A DNA stretch of 64,000 bases from Escherichia coli (GCF_036507355.1 NZ_AP027877.1); one strand, 5' to 3'. Shown: positions 20,262 through 33,475, numbered from the stretch's first letter. Notes: generated by a model from the sequence alone, not told the origin. A program made the numbers and translations.

Positions 20262-21632
20262 ATGGAAGGTCAACAGCACGGCGAGCAGCTAAAGCGCGGC
20301 CTTAAAAACCGCCATATTCAGCTTATCGCGCTGGGTGGCGCGATAGGGACAGGGCTATTCCTGGGTAGCGCCTCCGTAATACAGTCCGCAGGGCCAGGGA
20401 TTATCCTGGGTTACGCCATTGCTGGTTTTATCGCCTTTCTGATCATGCGTCAGCTGGGTGAAATGGTGGTCGAAGAACCTGTCGCAGGCTCCTTTAGCCA
20501 CTTTGCTTATAAATACTGGGGCAGCTTTGCTGGCTTCGCTTCTGGCTGGAACTACTGGGTACTGTACGTTTTAGTTGCCATGGCAGAGCTGACTGCTGTG
20601 GGTAAATACATTCAGTTCTGGTATCCGGAAATCCCAACCTGGGTTTCTGCCGCCGTGTTCTTTGTGGTGATCAACGCCATCAACCTGACAAACGTAAAAG
20701 TGTTTGGTGAGATGGAGTTCTGGTTTGCCATTATCAAAGTTATCGCAGTGGTAGCGATGATCATCTTCGGCGGCTGGCTGCTATTCAGTGGCAACGGCGG
20801 CCCGCAGGCGACCGTTAGCAACCTGTGGGATCAAGGTGGTTTCCTGCCGCACGGCTTCACCGGGCTGGTGATGATGATGGCGATTATCATGTTCTCGTTC
20901 GGTGGTCTGGAACTGGTGGGGATCACCGCAGCAGAAGCTGATAACCCGGAGCAAAGCATCCCGAAAGCGACCAACCAGGTTATTTACCGCATCCTGATTT
21001 TCTATATTGGTTCGTTAGCCGTTCTGCTCTCACTGATGCCGTGGACCCGCGTTACCGCCGATACCAGTCCGTTTGTGCTGATCTTCCACGAGTTAGGCGA
21101 TACCTTTGTGGCGAATGCGCTGAACATCGTGGTACTGACTGCGGCGCTCTCCGTGTACAACAGCTGCGTATATTGCAACAGCCGTATGCTGTTTGGTCTG
21201 GCACAACAGGGTAACGCGCCAAAAGCGCTGGCGTCTGTCGATAAACGCGGCGTACCGGTTAACACCATTCTGGTGTCTGCACTGGTAACGGCATTGTGCG
21301 TACTGATTAACTATCTTGCTCCGGAATCCGCATTTGGCCTGTTAATGGCGCTGGTGGTATCTGCACTGGTGATCAACTGGGCGATGATTAGCCTGGCGCA
21401 TATGAAATTCCGTCGCGCCAAGCAGGAACAAGGCGTGGTAACTCGCTTCCCTGCTCTGCTTTATCCGCTGGGTAACTGGATCTGCCTGCTGTTTATGGCG
21501 GCGGTACTGGTGATTATGCTGATGACCCCAGGAATGGCGATTTCGGTATACCTGATCCCGGTATGGCTGATCGTGTTAGGTATCGGCTATCTGTTTAAAG
21601 AGAAAACCGCCAAAGCCGTAAAAGCGCATTAA
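20262..21632 (+). CDS. aroP: Aromatic amino acid:H+ symporter (APC family)
   Basis: ORF MEGQQHGEQLKRGLKNRHIQLIALGGAIGTGLF...; full-length match to AroP. The codon immediately upstream is ATA. Confidence 0.95.
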   Translation: MEGQQHGEQLKRGLKNRHIQLIALGGAIGTGLFLGSASVIQSAGPGIILGYAIAGFIAFLIMRQLGEMVVEEPVAGSFSHFAYKYWGSFAGFASGWNYWVLYVLVAMAELTAVGKYIQFWYPEIPTWVSAAVFFVVINAINLTNVKVFGEMEFWFAIIKVIAVVAMIIFGGWLLFSGNGGPQATVSNLWDQGGFLPHGFTGLVMMMAIIMFSFGGLELVGITAAEADNPEQSIPKATNQVIYRILIFYIGSLAVLLSLMPWTRVTADTSPFVLIFHELGDTFVANALNIVVLTAALSVYNSCVYCNSRMLFGLAQQGNAPKALASVDKRGVPVNTILVSALVTALCVLINYLAPESAFGLLMALVVSALVINWAMISLAHMKFRRAKQEQGVVTRFPALLYPLGNWICLLFMAAVLVIMLMTPGMAISVYLIPVWLIVLGIGYLFKEKTAKAVKAH

Positions 21633-21640
21633 TCTCTCTA

Positions 21641-21666
21641 CGCCCTCACCCGTACACGGTGAGGGC
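21641..21666. terminator. Stem-loop between convergent aroP and ampE (possible terminator, weak U-tract)
   Basis: GCCCTCACC-CGTACAC-GGTGAGGGC, a 9-bp perfect stem. Confidence 0.35.
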
Positions 21667-21674
21667 AATAATCT

Positions 21675-22529
21675 TTACACCAACGCCCCGTAAATCGTCA
21701 GTAGCGCAATCACCACCACGACCACGAACGAGGTTTTCTTCGCCATTGAAACCGCTGCCTTCGGCGTCTCCACCTTATCGACATGCGGTTCACGCGCCAG
21801 AGAGAACTGCGCCAGACGCGTTAATACCTGATATTGCGAAGTATGGAAATCACCCAGCGAAGCAAACCAGGCCGGTAACGCTTTCTCACCATGACCGATC
21901 AAGGCATATACCACACCCGCAAGACGAACCGGCACCCAATCCAGTACATGAAGCACTGCATCAATGCCGGACTGTAAACGATGATGCGGCGTCTGGTATC
22001 GCGCCAGCCAGTATTGCCATGCACGCAAGAACGCATACCCCATCAGCGTAACGGGTCCCCAGGTTCCCCCCACAATCAGCCAGAACAGCGGTGCAAGATA
22101 AAAACGAAAGTTAATCCACAGCAATGCATTTTGCAGCTCACGCAAATACTCACGTTCATCGCAGCCTGCCGGGACGCCGTGAATCATGGTGAGTTCGCCA
22201 GCCATCGTGGCACGGGCATGGCTATCATTACGTGAAGCAGCTGTCAGATAAGCATGATAATGAAGACGAACTTTACCTGCGCCAATACACAGCAAACCAA
22301 TCAGCAGCCACACCAGCAGCGTGGGAACGTTGAACAATACTCCCTGCAATGCGCGTAACAGTAAAAAAGTCACGCCCATCGCAATAATGGTCATGCCTAA
22401 CGTGCGCCCGAGAGAAAAATGTTTCACCCGCCGAAAGAACGCTTCAAGACGATGATCAAGCTGCCAGTGCTCGCCCAACTTAAACAGGCGCTCGAAAATT
22501 AACACCAGTAAGGTTGTAAATAGCGTCAT
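21675..22529 (-). CDS. ampE: Inner-membrane protein AmpE (284 aa)
   Basis: ORF 21675..22568 trimmed to [32 protein letters not shown]...; start overlaps the ampD stop (ATGA). Confidence 0.93.
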
Positions 22530-23077
22530 GTTGTCTCCTTGCTGACCAGCGCACGAAACCGTGCCCAATCAAATGCAGGACCGGGATCGGTTTTCCGATC
22601 CGGCGCAATATCACAATGGCCCGTCATGTTATTAGCGATATCCGGATAGCAATCAATCAGTGCCCGCGTAACCGCCGCAAGCTGTTGATACTGCGCATCG
22701 GTATACGCCAGCGTATCGGTGCCTTCAAGCTCAATCCCAATAGAAAAATCATTGCAGCGTTCGCGCCCCTGATACTGAGAGACTCCCGCATGCCATGCAC
22801 GTTTATCGAAAGGAACATACTGGACTATTTCACCATCACGGCAAATCAAACAGTGAGCGGAGACGCGCAAATGGGCGATCTCAGCAAAGAAAGGATGTGC
22901 CTGCGGATCAATAGTTCCAGTGAATAATGCGTCGATCCACGGACCGCCAAACTCGCCTGGCGGCAGGCTAATATTGTGCACCACCAGCAGGGTGGGTGTT
23001 TCGTCATCCGGGCGGCAATCGTAATGTGGTGAGGGAACGCGGCGCGCGCCAACCAGCCACCCCTGTTCTAACAACAT
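22526..23077 (-). CDS. ampD: 1,6-anhydro-N-acetylmuramyl-L-alanine amidase AmpD (183 aa)
   Basis: Full-length [48 protein letters not shown]... Confidence 0.95.
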
Positions 23078-23104
23078 GCAGGATCTCCTTATATGTGGTG
23101 CTAA

Positions 23105-24058
<954 letters not shown>

Positions 24059-24260
24059 TTGCTGACAGATTTATCCGCTCCATAGTGGGCGGATAATCAC
24101 CCCTTCCCCAACTTTCTTCGTAACGCCTCGCAAATTTCTTGTCTTTCGCTGCAACGGAATAAAAAACCTCGGAAGCTGCTTTCCCGTTTCTTTTTTTGCC
24201 CCTCGCTTGTGCTGATGGCGTTTGCCAAAGTAGCGCCAACCCAATCAAGGAGCGAAACAG

Positions 24261-24701
24261 ATGAACAAGCAACGCGGTTTTACACTTATCGAACTGATGG
24301 TGGTTATTGGCATCATTGCCATTTTAAGCGCCATTGGTATTCCCGCTTATCAAAACTACCTGCGCAAAGCCGCACTCACCGACATGCTACAAACCTTTGT
24401 GCCTTACCGTACCGCCGTAGAGTTGTGCGCGCTGGAACATGGTGGATTAGATACCTGCGACGGTGGCAGCAATGGCATTCCCTCGCCTACCACCACCCGC
24501 TATGTTTCAGCCATGAGTGTGGCAAAAGGCGTGGTGTCGCTGACCGGGCAAGAAAGTCTCAATGGGCTAAGCGTCGTCATGACGCCGGGTTGGGATAACG
24601 CAAACGGCGTCACCGGCTGGACGCGCAACTGCAATATTCAAAATGACAGCGCATTGCAGCAAGCCTGCGAAGATGTCTTCCGTTTTGATGACGCCAACTA
24701 A
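24261..24701 (+). CDS. ppdD: Type IV prepilin-like protein PpdD (146 aa)
   Basis: M(N)KQRGFTLIELMVVIGIIAILSAIGIPAYQNY..., a class III signal peptide/prepilin cleavage motif (G/FTLIE). Confidence 0.93.
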   Translation: MNKQRGFTLIELMVVIGIIAILSAIGIPAYQNYLRKAALTDMLQTFVPYRTAVELCALEHGGLDTCDGGSNGIPSPTTTRYVSAMSVAKGVVSLTGQESLNGLSVVMTPGWDNANGVTGWTRNCNIQNDSALQQACEDVFRFDDAN

Positions 24702-24710
24702 GGAACGGCA

Positions 24711-26096
24711 ATGAATATTCCACAGCTCACCGCCCTGTGTTTGCGTTATCAGGGAGTCTTGCTGGATGCCAGCGAAGAAGTGGTTCATGTTGCGGTGGTC
24801 GATGCCCCCTCACATGAATTGCTGGACGCATTGCATTTCGCTACCACCAAACGTATTGAGATCACCTGCTGGACGCGCCAACAAATGGAAGGCCACGCCA
24901 GTCGCACACAACAGACATTGCCCGTAGCTGTTCAGGAGAAGCATCAGCCCAAAGCAGAGTTGCTGACTCGAACGTTACAATCTGCGCTGGAACAACGCGC
25001 GTCTGATATTCATATCGAACCAGCAGACAATGCCTACCGCATCCGCTTGCGTATCGACGGCGTATTGCATCCTTTACCGGATGTTTCACCGGATGCCGGA
25101 GTCGCATTAACAGCCAGATTAAAAGTGCTGGGAAACCTGGATATTGCGGAACATCGCCTGCCGCAGGACGGACAATTCACTGTCGAACTGGCAGGAAACG
25201 CCGTCTCATTTCGTATTGCGACCTTACCATGTCGGGGTGGTGAAAAGGTGGTATTAAGGTTGTTACAGCAGGTGAGCCAGGCACTGGATGTTAACACGCT
25301 GGGAATGCAGCCGTTACAACTGGCGGACTTTGCTCATGCCTTGCAACAACCACAGGGACTGGTGCTGGTAACTGGCCCTACCGGCAGCGGCAAAACGGTC
25401 ACGCTTTATAGTGCCCTGCAAACGCTGAATACCGCTGACATTAATATTTGTAGCGTCGAAGATCCGGTTGAGATCCCCATAGCCGGACTAAACCAGACGC
25501 AAATCCATCCGCGTGCCGGGCTCACCTTTCAGGGCGTTTTGCGTGCGTTATTGCGCCAGGATCCTGACGTCATCATGATCGGAGAGATCCGCGATGGCGA
25601 AACGGCAGAAATTGCCATTAAAGCCGCGCAAACCGGTCACCTGGTGTTGTCCACGCTACACACCAATTCCACCACTGAAACGCTGGTACGTTTACAGCAA
25701 ATGGGGGTCGCCCGCTGGATGCTATCATCGGCGCTTACGCTGGTAATAGCCCAGCGTCTGGTACGTAAACTTTGCCCACATTGTCGCCGACAGCAAGGGG
25801 AGCTCATCCATATTCCAGACAATGTATGGCCGTCGCCGCTGCCCCATTGGCAGGCACCCGGTTGTGTACATTGCTACCACGGTTTTTATGGTCGTACCGC
25901 CTTGTTTGAAGTCCTGCCCATTACACCAGCCATACGCCAGCTTATTTCCTCTAATACTGAAGTTGAATCGCTGGAAACGCACGCCCGACAGGCGGGTATG
26001 CGAACGCTTTTTGAAAACGGCTGCCTGGCCGTGGAGCAAGGCTTAACCACCTTTGAAGAGTTAATCCGCGTATTGGGGATGCCGCATGGCGAGTAA
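24711..26096 (+). CDS. hofB: Type IV pilus assembly ATPase, GspE/PilB family (461 aa)
   Basis: Walker A GPTGSGKT and GspE signature present; position after ppdD matches K-12. Confidence 0.93.
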   Translation: MNIPQLTALCLRYQGVLLDASEEVVHVAVVDAPSHELLDALHFATTKRIEITCWTRQQMEGHASRTQQTLPVAVQEKHQPKAELLTRTLQSALEQRASDIHIEPADNAYRIRLRIDGVLHPLPDVSPDAGVALTARLKVLGNLDIAEHRLPQDGQFTVELAGNAVSFRIATLPCRGGEKVVLRLLQQVSQALDVNTLGMQPLQLADFAHALQQPQGLVLVTGPTGSGKTVTLYSALQTLNTADINICSVEDPVEIPIAGLNQTQIHPRAGLTFQGVLRALLRQDPDVIMIGEIRDGETAEIAIKAAQTGHLVLSTLHTNSTTETLVRLQQMGVARWMLSSALTLVIAQRLVRKLCPHCRRQQGELIHIPDNVWPSPLPHWQAPGCVHCYHGFYGRTALFEVLPITPAIRQLISSNTEVESLETHARQAGMRTLFENGCLAVEQGLTTFEELIRVLGMPHGE

Positions 26097-27288
26097 GCAA
26101 CTCTGGCGCTGGCATGGCATAACCGGCGACGGCAATGCGCAAGATGGGATGCTATGGGCAGAGAGCCGTGCTTTGCTGCTCATGGCACTACAGCAACAGA
26201 TGGTTACTCCACTAAGCCTGAAGCGAATTGCTATCAATTCTGCGCAGTGGCGAGGAGATAAAAGCGCGGAAGTCATTCATCAACTGGCGACGCTACTTAA
26301 AGCCGGGTTAACGCTTTCTGAAGGGCTGGCACTGCTGGCGGAACAGCATCCCAGTAAGCAATGGCAAGCGTTGCTGCAATCTCTGGCACACGATCTCGAA
26401 CAGGGCATTGCCTTTTCCAATGCCTTATTACCCTGGTCAGAGGTATTTCCGCCGCTCTATCAGGCGATGATCCGCACGGGTGAACTGACCGGTAAGCTGG
26501 ATGAATGCTGCTTTGAACTTGCGCGTCAGCAAAAAGCCCAGCGTCAGTTGACCGATAAAGTGAAATCAGCGTTGCGTTATCCCATCATCATTTTAGCGAT
26601 GGCAATCATGGTGGTTGTGGCAATGCTGCATTTTGTTCTGCCGGAGTTTGCCGCTATCTATAAGACCTTCAACACCCCCCTACCGGCACTAACGCAGGGG
26701 ATCATGACGCTGGCAGACTTTAGTGGCGAATGGGGCTGGCTGCTGGTGTTGTTCGGCTTTCTGCTGGCGATAGCCAATAAGTTGCTGATGCGCCGCCCGA
26801 CCTGGCTTATCGCGCGGCAGAAATTGCTGTTACGCATCCCGATTATGGGTTCACTGATGAGGGGACAAAAACTCACGCAGATCTTTACGATTCTGGCGCT
26901 GACACAAAGTGCAGGCATTACTTTTTTACAGGGCGTAGAGAGCGTCAGAGAAACAATGCGCTGCCCGTACTGGGTGCAACTTCTGACACAAATCCAGCAC
27001 GATATCAGTAACGGTCATCCCATCTGGCTGGCGCTAAAAAATGCCGGTGAGTTTAGCCCGCTCTGTTTGCAATTAGTGAGAACGGGAGAGGCCTCCGGCT
27101 CGCTGGATCTCATGTTAGACAACCTCGCCCATCATCATCGGGATAACACAATGGCGCTGGCGGATAACCTAGCAGCCTTACTGGAACCGGCGTTGCTGAT
27201 CATAACGGGAGGAATTATCGGTACGCTGGTGGTGGCGATGTATCTGCCAATTTTCCATTTAGGCGATGCGATGAGTGGGATGGGATAA
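26086..27288 (+). CDS. hofC: Type IV pilus assembly inner-membrane platform protein, GspF/PilC family (400 aa)
   Basis: Full-length ORF overlapping the hofB 3' end by 11 bp; matches HofC. Confidence 0.93.
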   Translation: MASKQLWRWHGITGDGNAQDGMLWAESRALLLMALQQQMVTPLSLKRIAINSAQWRGDKSAEVIHQLATLLKAGLTLSEGLALLAEQHPSKQWQALLQSLAHDLEQGIAFSNALLPWSEVFPPLYQAMIRTGELTGKLDECCFELARQQKAQRQLTDKVKSALRYPIIILAMAIMVVVAMLHFVLPEFAAIYKTFNTPLPALTQGIMTLADFSGEWGWLLVLFGFLLAIANKLLMRRPTWLIARQKLLLRIPIMGSLMRGQKLTQIFTILALTQSAGITFLQGVESVRETMRCPYWVQLLTQIQHDISNGHPIWLALKNAGEFSPLCLQLVRTGEASGSLDLMLDNLAHHHRDNTMALADNLAALLEPALLIITGGIIGTLVVAMYLPIFHLGDAMSGMG

Positions 27289-27322
27289 CGCTGGCGTGTT
27301 GCTCCACACCAGCGTCGGAAGA

Positions 27323-28366
27323 TTACAGGTTGTTGAAGATGCGGTTTTCTTGTTCCAGCACACGGATAAATGTGGTGCGCTTGGTCAGTTCTTTCAGGCG
27401 TGAAGCCCCAACGTATGTACAAGCCGAACGCAGGCCGCCCAAAATATCACGCGCGGTATTTTCAACCGGGCCTCGCAGCGGCAGCTTAACGGTTTTACCT
27501 TCTGCTGCGCGATATTCCGCAACGCCGCCAACGTGACGTTTCATCGCAGACTCGGAGCTCATGCCGTAGAACAGCATAAATTTCTCGCCGTTCTCCTCAA
27601 CGATGCGACCGCCGCTCTCTTCGTGGCCCGCCAGCATGCCGCCAAGCATGACGAAATCGGCACCGCCGCCAAAGGCTTTCGCGACATCGCCCGGCGTGGT
27701 GCAGCCACCATCGCTGACGATCATTCCGCCCAGACCGTGCGCAGCATCGGCACATTCGATTACCGCAGAAAGTTGCGGATAACCGACGCCTGTTTTGACA
27801 CGAGTTGTACAAACAGAACCTGGGCCAATGCCAACTTTAACGATATCGGCACCGGAGAGGATAAGCTCCTCACACATTTCACCAGTCACTACGTTGCCAG
27901 CACAAATGGTTTTGGTCGGCCACGCTTCACGCGCTTTCGCAACGAACTGCACGAAGTGTTCGGAATAACCATTCGCCACATCAATACAAACGAAGTTTAA
28001 TGCCGGGTTCAGGTCGAGAATCTGTTTAGTTTTTTCGAAATCCGCATCAGACGTGCCGGTAGAAACCATCACATGTTTCAGCACATCAGCGGAAGAATTG
28101 TTGATAAACGCTTGCCACTCTTCGACAGAATAGTGTTTATGCACAGCAGTCAAAATATCAAAAGAAGCCAGCGCAGAGGCCATAGAAAATGTGCCTACGG
28201 TGTCCATATTTGCGGCGATAATCGGCACGCCGGACCAGCTCTGACCTGAATGTTTGAAGGTGAATTGACGTTCCAGTTCAACATCGGAACGGCTTTTAAG
28301 AGTGGAGCGTTTAGGGCGGATGAGAACGTCTTTAAAACCTAACTTCAGATCTTCTTCAATACGCAT
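27323..28366 (-). CDS. guaC: GMP reductase (347 aa)
   Basis: [60 protein letters not shown]... Confidence 0.97.
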   Translation of the reverse strand: MRIEEDLKLGFKDVLIRPKRSTLKSRSDVELERQFTFKHSGQSWSGVPIIAANMDTVGTFSMASALASFDILTAVHKHYSVEEWQAFINNSSADVLKHVMVSTGTSDADFEKTKQILDLNPALNFVCIDVANGYSEHFVQFVAKAREAWPTKTICAGNVVTGEMCEELILSGADIVKVGIGPGSVCTTRVKTGVGYPQLSAVIECADAAHGLGGMIVSDGGCTTPGDVAKAFGGGADFVMLGGMLAGHEESGGRIVEENGEKFMLFYGMSSESAMKRHVGGVAEYRAAEGKTVKLPLRGPVENTARDILGGLRSACTYVGASRLKELTKRTTFIRVLEQENRIFNNL

Positions 28367-28590
28367 GTGCGGATTCCTGGGGTTAATGGCTATAAGGGTA
28401 AGAGCGCAACTCCAGTGACGCTATCATACGCACTAATCAATGCGGCGCAAGACTGCGAAATTGTCTTTTTTTACGCTACAATCCCATAAATTTACCTGGT
28501 AAATAGTGAGCGAACGTTTCATCAATTTCGCTTTCGTGCGCTCATTTTTAACGTTTTGATAATCATGATGAATTCCCGGGAATATAAATT

Positions 28591-29211
28591 ATGAGGTATA
28601 TAGTTGCCTTAACGGGAGGCATTGGCAGTGGCAAGAGTACCGTTGCCAATGCGTTTGCTGATCTCGGAATTAACGTCATTGATGCCGATATTATTGCGCG
28701 TCAGGTGGTTGAACCAGGTGCACCTGCGCTACATGCCATTGCTGATCACTTTGGCGCTAACATGATTGCTGCTGATGGAACATTGCAGCGCCGGGCCTTG
28801 CGCGAGCGGATCTTCGCCAACCCGGAAGAGAAAAACTGGCTTAACGCCCTGCTGCATCCGCTGATTCAGCAAGAGACGCAACACCAGATCCAGCAAGCAA
28901 CTTCCCCCTATGTACTGTGGGTTGTGCCATTGCTGGTAGAAAACTCACTGTATAAAAAAGCGAATCGAGTGCTGGTGGTGGATGTCAGCCCAGAAACGCA
29001 GCTTAAGCGCACCATGCAGCGCGATGATGTAACTCGCGAGCATGTCGAACAAATCCTTGCTGCTCAGGCAACGCGCGAAGCCCGCCTTGCCGTGGCAGAT
29101 GACGTCATTGATAATAACGGCGCACCGGATGCTATCGCATCGGATGTTGCCCGCCTGCACGCACACTATTTGCAGCTTGCGTCGCAGTTTGTCTCACAGG
29201 AAAAACCGTAA
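28591..29211 (+). CDS. coaE: Dephospho-CoA kinase (206 aa)
   Basis: [43 protein letters not shown]... (P-loop). Confidence 0.95.
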
Positions 29212-29954
29212 TGCAGACCCAGGTCCTTTTTGAACATCCACTAAATGAAAAAATGCGTACATGGCTGCGCATTGAGTTTTTGATTCAGCAACTCACCGTT
29301 AATTTACCCATCGTTGACCACGCTGGCGCGCTGCATTTCTTCCGTAATGTCAGTGAATTACTGGATGTTTTCGAGCGCGGCGAAGTCCGCACTGAGCTGT
29401 TGAAAGAACTTGACCGGCAGCAACGTAAACTCCAGACCTGGATTGGCGTGCCTGGCGTGGACCAGAGCCGTATTGAAGCATTAATTCAGCAGTTAAAAGC
29501 GGCGGGGAGCGTATTAATCTCCGCGCCACGTATCGGGCAATTTCTACGTGAAGATCGTTTGATTGCTCTGGTGCGTCAGCGACTGAGCATCCCAGGCGGC
29601 TGTTGCAGCTTTGATTTACCAACATTGCACATTTGGCTGCATCTACCCCAGGCGCAGCGCGACAGCCAGGTAGAAACCTGGATTGCCAGCCTGAACCCGC
29701 TCACCCAGGCACTTACCATGGTGCTGGATTTAATTCGCCAGTCGGCCCCCTTCCGTAAACAAACCAGCCTGAATGGTTTTTATCAGGATAACGGTGGCGA
29801 TGCCGACTTGCTGCGCCTGAATCTGTCGCTCGATTCACAGCTTTATCCGCAAATTTCCGGACATAAGAGCCGTTTTGCCATTCGTTTTATGCCGCTGGAC
29901 ACTGAAAACGGACAGGTACCGGAACGTCTGGATTTCGAACTGGCCTGTTGCTAA
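29211..29954 (+). CDS. zapD: Cell division factor ZapD (YacF), 247 aa
   Basis: [28 protein letters not shown]...; start overlaps the coaE stop. Confidence 0.93.
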
Positions 29955-29963
29955 GGAGTAAAA

Positions 29964-30161
29964 ATGTCAGAAACTATTACGGTGAATTGCCCAACCTGCG
30001 GGAAAACGGTGGTGTGGGGTGAAATCAGCCCGTTTCGGCCATTTTGCTCCAAACGTTGTCAGCTGATTGACCTCGGAGAATGGGCTGCTGAAGAAAAACG
30101 AATCCCCAGCAGTGGCGATCTTTCCGAAAGCGATGACTGGAGCGAAGAACCAAAGCAGTGA
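29964..30161 (+). CDS. yacG: DNA gyrase inhibitor YacG (65 aa), zinc-ribbon
   Basis: [49 protein letters not shown]... Confidence 0.93.
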
Positions 30162-30169
30162 CATTTGTC

Positions 30170-30263
30170 TGATGCCGCACGTAGGCCTGATAAGACGCGC
30201 CAGCGTCGCATCAGGCATCGTGTGCGAATGTCGGATGCGGCGAAAACGCCTTATCTGACCTAC
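30170..30263. repeat. REP/BIME-type repetitive extragenic palindromes between yacG and mutT
   Basis: GATGCCGCACGTAGGCCTGATAAGACGCGCCAGCGTCGCATCAGGCATC and GTCGGATGCGGCGAAAACGCCTTATCTGACCTAC, same family as the units after gcd. Confidence 0.7.
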
Positions 30264-30649
30264 AGACGTTTAAGCTTCGCAATTACCGGTTCATTGGCTG
30301 GCGGAAAATCATCGGCATTAAGACCGACCAGCGACATCCACTTACCGGGTTGCCCTTCTTTACCCCACGGCTCCCCTTCCCAGCTTTCGACCAGCCAGAA
30401 CCACAGAGTTATATGCCTGTCCGGGAATTCATATTCCAGTTTTTCAAATAGCGAAAAATGTTGTGGGGTAATCCCGACTTCTTCCTGAAGTTCACGCACC
30501 ACCGCCTGTTCCGGCGTTTCACCCATTTCAATTTTACCGCCGGGAAACTCCAGTTTATTCGCCATGTGCGCATCTGCTGCGCGACGCGTTATAAAGATTT
30601 CATTGTTCTCGTTGCGAATAATACCTACCGCAATTTGCAGCTTTTTCAT
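30260..30649 (-). CDS. mutT: 8-oxo-dGTP diphosphatase MutT (129 aa), Nudix hydrolase
   Basis: MKKLQIAVGIIRNENNEIFITRRAADAHMANKLEFPGGKIEMGETPEQAVVRELQEEVGI... (Nudix box). Confidence 0.95.
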   Translation of the reverse strand: MKKLQIAVGIIRNENNEIFITRRAADAHMANKLEFPGGKIEMGETPEQAVVRELQEEVGITPQHFSLFEKLEYEFPDRHITLWFWLVESWEGEPWGKEGQPGKWMSLVGLNADDFPPANEPVIAKLKRL

Positions 30650-30708
30650 TGTCTTAAACCTATAAAAAAGGCGCAGAATCCTGCGCCTTTTACTTCAACA
30701 GTTAGCTT

Positions 30709-33414
30709 TTATTGCAGGCGGCCATGGCACTGCTTGTATTTTTTACCAGAACCGCACGGGCAAGGATCGTTACGTCCTACTTTGCGCTCACCGGTTTGCG
30801 CCGCCAGTGCAGCTGCGGCTGCAGAGTCGTCATCCTGATGGCTAAGCTGCTGCATTTGCGCTAAACGCTCGGCTTCCATACGACGCTGTTGTTCCAGCTC
30901 CTCAACCTCTTCAGGCATACGTACCTGAACTTTGCTCAGCGTACTGATAACTTCATATTTCAACGACTCCAGCATCGCTGCAAACATGGAGAACGATTCA
31001 CGTTTGTATTCCTGCTTCGGATCTTTCTGTGCATAGCCACGCAGGTGGATACCCTGACGCAGATAGTCCATCGCTGCCAGGTGCTCTTTCCACAGGGAGT
31101 CAAGCGTTTGCAGCATGACGCCTTTCTCGAAGTGACGCATCATCTCAGCACCAACCACTTCTTCTTTACGCTGATACACTTCGATGGACTGCGCCAGAAT
31201 GCGCTCACGCAGCGTCTCTTCATGCAGTTCTGGTTCTTTATCCAGCCACTCGGCAATTGGCAAATCGAGGTCGAAATCGTTCTTCAGACGTTCCTGCAGC
31301 CCCGGAATATCCCACATTTCTTCCAGCGACTGTGGTGGAATGTAGGCATCAATGGTCGCTTTGAACACATCTTCACGAATGCTGTTAATGGTTTCGCTCA
31401 CATCGCTGACATCCAGCAATTCGTTACGCTGGGAGTAAATGGCACGACGCTGATCGTTAGCCACGTCATCATATTCCAGCAGTTGCTTACGAATGTCGAA
31501 GTTACGACTTTCAACTTTACGCTGGGCGTTGGCAATCGCTTTAGTCACCCACGGGTGTTCAATGGCTTCGCCTGGCTTCATACCCAGTTTACGCATCATT
31601 CCGGATACTCGGTCGGAAGCAAAAATACGCATCAGCGCATCTTCCATCGACAGGTAGAAACGGGAAGAACCAGCATCCCCCTGACGACCAGAACGACCGC
31701 GCAACTGGTTATCGATACGACGGGATTCGTGACGCTCGGTACCGATGATATGCAGGCCACCTGCTGCCAGTACCGCATCGTGACGTACCTGCCAGTCGGC
31801 TTTAATTTTTTCAATTTGCTCTGCGGTCGGATTTTCCAGCGCGGCAACTTCTGCCTGCCAGCTACCACCGAGCACAATATCTGTACCACGACCCGCCATG
31901 TTGGTCGCGATAGTCACCGCAGCCGGATAACCTGCCTGAGCAACAATCGCCGCTTCGTTGGCGTGGAATTTGGCGTTCAGGACATTGTGCTTAATACCGG
32001 CTTTGGTCAGTTCGTTTGACACCAGCTCCGATTTTTCGATGGAGATAGTACCCACCAGCACCGGCTGGCCTTTCGCAGTACGTTCTTTGATATCTTCAAT
32101 GATCGCCTGAATTTTTTCCGCTTCAGTCATGTAGACCAGGTCCGGCAGATCTTTACGAATCATTGGACGGTTGGTCGGAACAACGACGGTATCCAGTTTG
32201 TAGATGGAGCTAAATTCGAAAGCTTCGGTATCAGCAGTACCGGTCATCCCCGCCAGTTTTTCATACAGACGGAAGTAGTTCTGGAAGGTGATCGAAGCCA
32301 GCGTTTGGTTTTCATTCTGGATCTGCACACCTTCTTTCGCTTCCACAGCCTGGTGCAGACCATCGGACCAGCGACGGCCCTGCATGGTACGACCGGTGTG
32401 TTCGTCAACGATGATAACTTCACCATCTTTAACGATGTAGTCGACGTCACGGGTAAACAGCGCATGAGCGCGCAGCGCCGCCGTTACGTGGTGCATCAGC
32501 ATGATGTTGGCCGGAGAGTACAGAGACTCCCCTTCATCCATGATGCCCTCTTTCACCAGCAGTTCTTCAATCAGCACCAGACCACGTTCGGTCAGGTTCA
32601 CCTGGCGAGATTTTTCGTCCACCGAGAAGTGGCCTTCGCCCAGGAAGGTTTCGGAGTCTTCTTTTTCCTGACGGATCAGGTGCGGAATAATTTTATTCAC
32701 GCGTTTATACATTTCCGAGCTGTCTTCTGCCGGGCCGGAAATGATCAGCGGTGTACGCGCTTCATCGATCAGGATGGAGTCCACTTCGTCCACCAGCGCA
32801 TAGTGCAGTTTACGCTGTACACGTTCTTCAGGGCTGAACGCCATATTGTCGCGCAGGTAGTCAAAGCCGTATTCGTTGTTCGTACCGTAAGTGATGTCAG
32901 CTGCGTAAGCTTCGCGCTTTGCCGGTGCTGGCATGCCCGGCAGGTTGATACCGACAGTCAGGCCAAGGAATTCAAACAGCGGACGGTTGTTTTCGGCGTC
33001 ACGTTGCGCCAGGTAGTCGTTGACGGTAACTACATGCACGCCTTTACCGGTTAGTGCGTTCAGGTAAGCAGGCAGCGTTGCGGTCAGGGTTTTACCTTCA
33101 CCGGTACGCATTTCGGCGATGCAGCGTTCGTTAAGAACCATACCGCCGAGTAACTGAACGTCGAAGTGACGCATACCAAAAACGCGCTTACTTGCCTCAC
33201 GCACCACGGCGAAAGCTTCCGGGATCAGATTTTCCAGCACTTCGCCTTTTTCCAGACGCGCACGAAACTCTGCGGTTTTCCCTTTCAGTTCTTCGTCGGA
33301 GAGTTTTTCCATCTCCGGTTCCATGGCATTGATGATGTTGACCACTTTGCGCATCCGGCGCAGGGTGCGATCGTTACGACTACCGAAAACTTTAGTTAAT
33401 AATTTGATTAGCAT
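30709..33414 (-). CDS. secA: Preprotein translocase ATPase SecA (901 aa)
   Basis: [58 protein letters not shown]... full-length. Confidence 0.98.
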   Translation of the reverse strand: MLIKLLTKVFGSRNDRTLRRMRKVVNIINAMEPEMEKLSDEELKGKTAEFRARLEKGEVLENLIPEAFAVVREASKRVFGMRHFDVQLLGGMVLNERCIAEMRTGEGKTLTATLPAYLNALTGKGVHVVTVNDYLAQRDAENNRPLFEFLGLTVGINLPGMPAPAKREAYAADITYGTNNEYGFDYLRDNMAFSPEERVQRKLHYALVDEVDSILIDEARTPLIISGPAEDSSEMYKRVNKIIPHLIRQEKEDSETFLGEGHFSVDEKSRQVNLTERGLVLIEELLVKEGIMDEGESLYSPANIMLMHHVTAALRAHALFTRDVDYIVKDGEVIIVDEHTGRTMQGRRWSDGLHQAVEAKEGVQIQNENQTLASITFQNYFRLYEKLAGMTGTADTEAFEFSSIYKLDTVVVPTNRPMIRKDLPDLVYMTEAEKIQAIIEDIKERTAKGQPVLVGTISIEKSELVSNELTKAGIKHNVLNAKFHANEAAIVAQAGYPAAVTIATNMAGRGTDIVLGGSWQAEVAALENPTAEQIEKIKADWQVRHDAVLAAGGLHIIGTERHESRRIDNQLRGRSGRQGDAGSSRFYLSMEDALMRIFASDRVSGMMRKLGMKPGEAIEHPWVTKAIANAQRKVESRNFDIRKQLLEYDDVANDQRRAIYSQRNELLDVSDVSETINSIREDVFKATIDAYIPPQSLEEMWDIPGLQERLKNDFDLDLPIAEWLDKEPELHEETLRERILAQSIEVYQRKEEVVGAEMMRHFEKGVMLQTLDSLWKEHLAAMDYLRQGIHLRGYAQKDPKQEYKRESFSMFAAMLESLKYEVISTLSKVQVRMPEEVEELEQQRRMEAERLAQMQQLSHQDDDSAAAAALAAQTGERKVGRNDPCPCGSGKKYKQCHGRLQ

Positions 33415-33475
33415 AATAAAATCTCAAACGCCCCGCGTTGCGGAGTTAATAAAATGAAGTAAAGGTTTATTGTTG

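Noticed and set aside
24059-24110. Inverted repeat TTATCCGC-N10-GCGGATAA just after the nadC stop as an intrinsic terminator
   Set aside because: The stem-loop is present but has no downstream U-tract; it could be a weak or factor-dependent terminator or a protein site, and I cannot support a specific call.
28367-28590. Short inverted repeat ATTTACC-TGGTAAAT in the guaC-coaE divergent region as a regulator site
   Set aside because: Short, AT-rich and without a match to any operator consensus I can name; could be chance in AT-rich promoter DNA.
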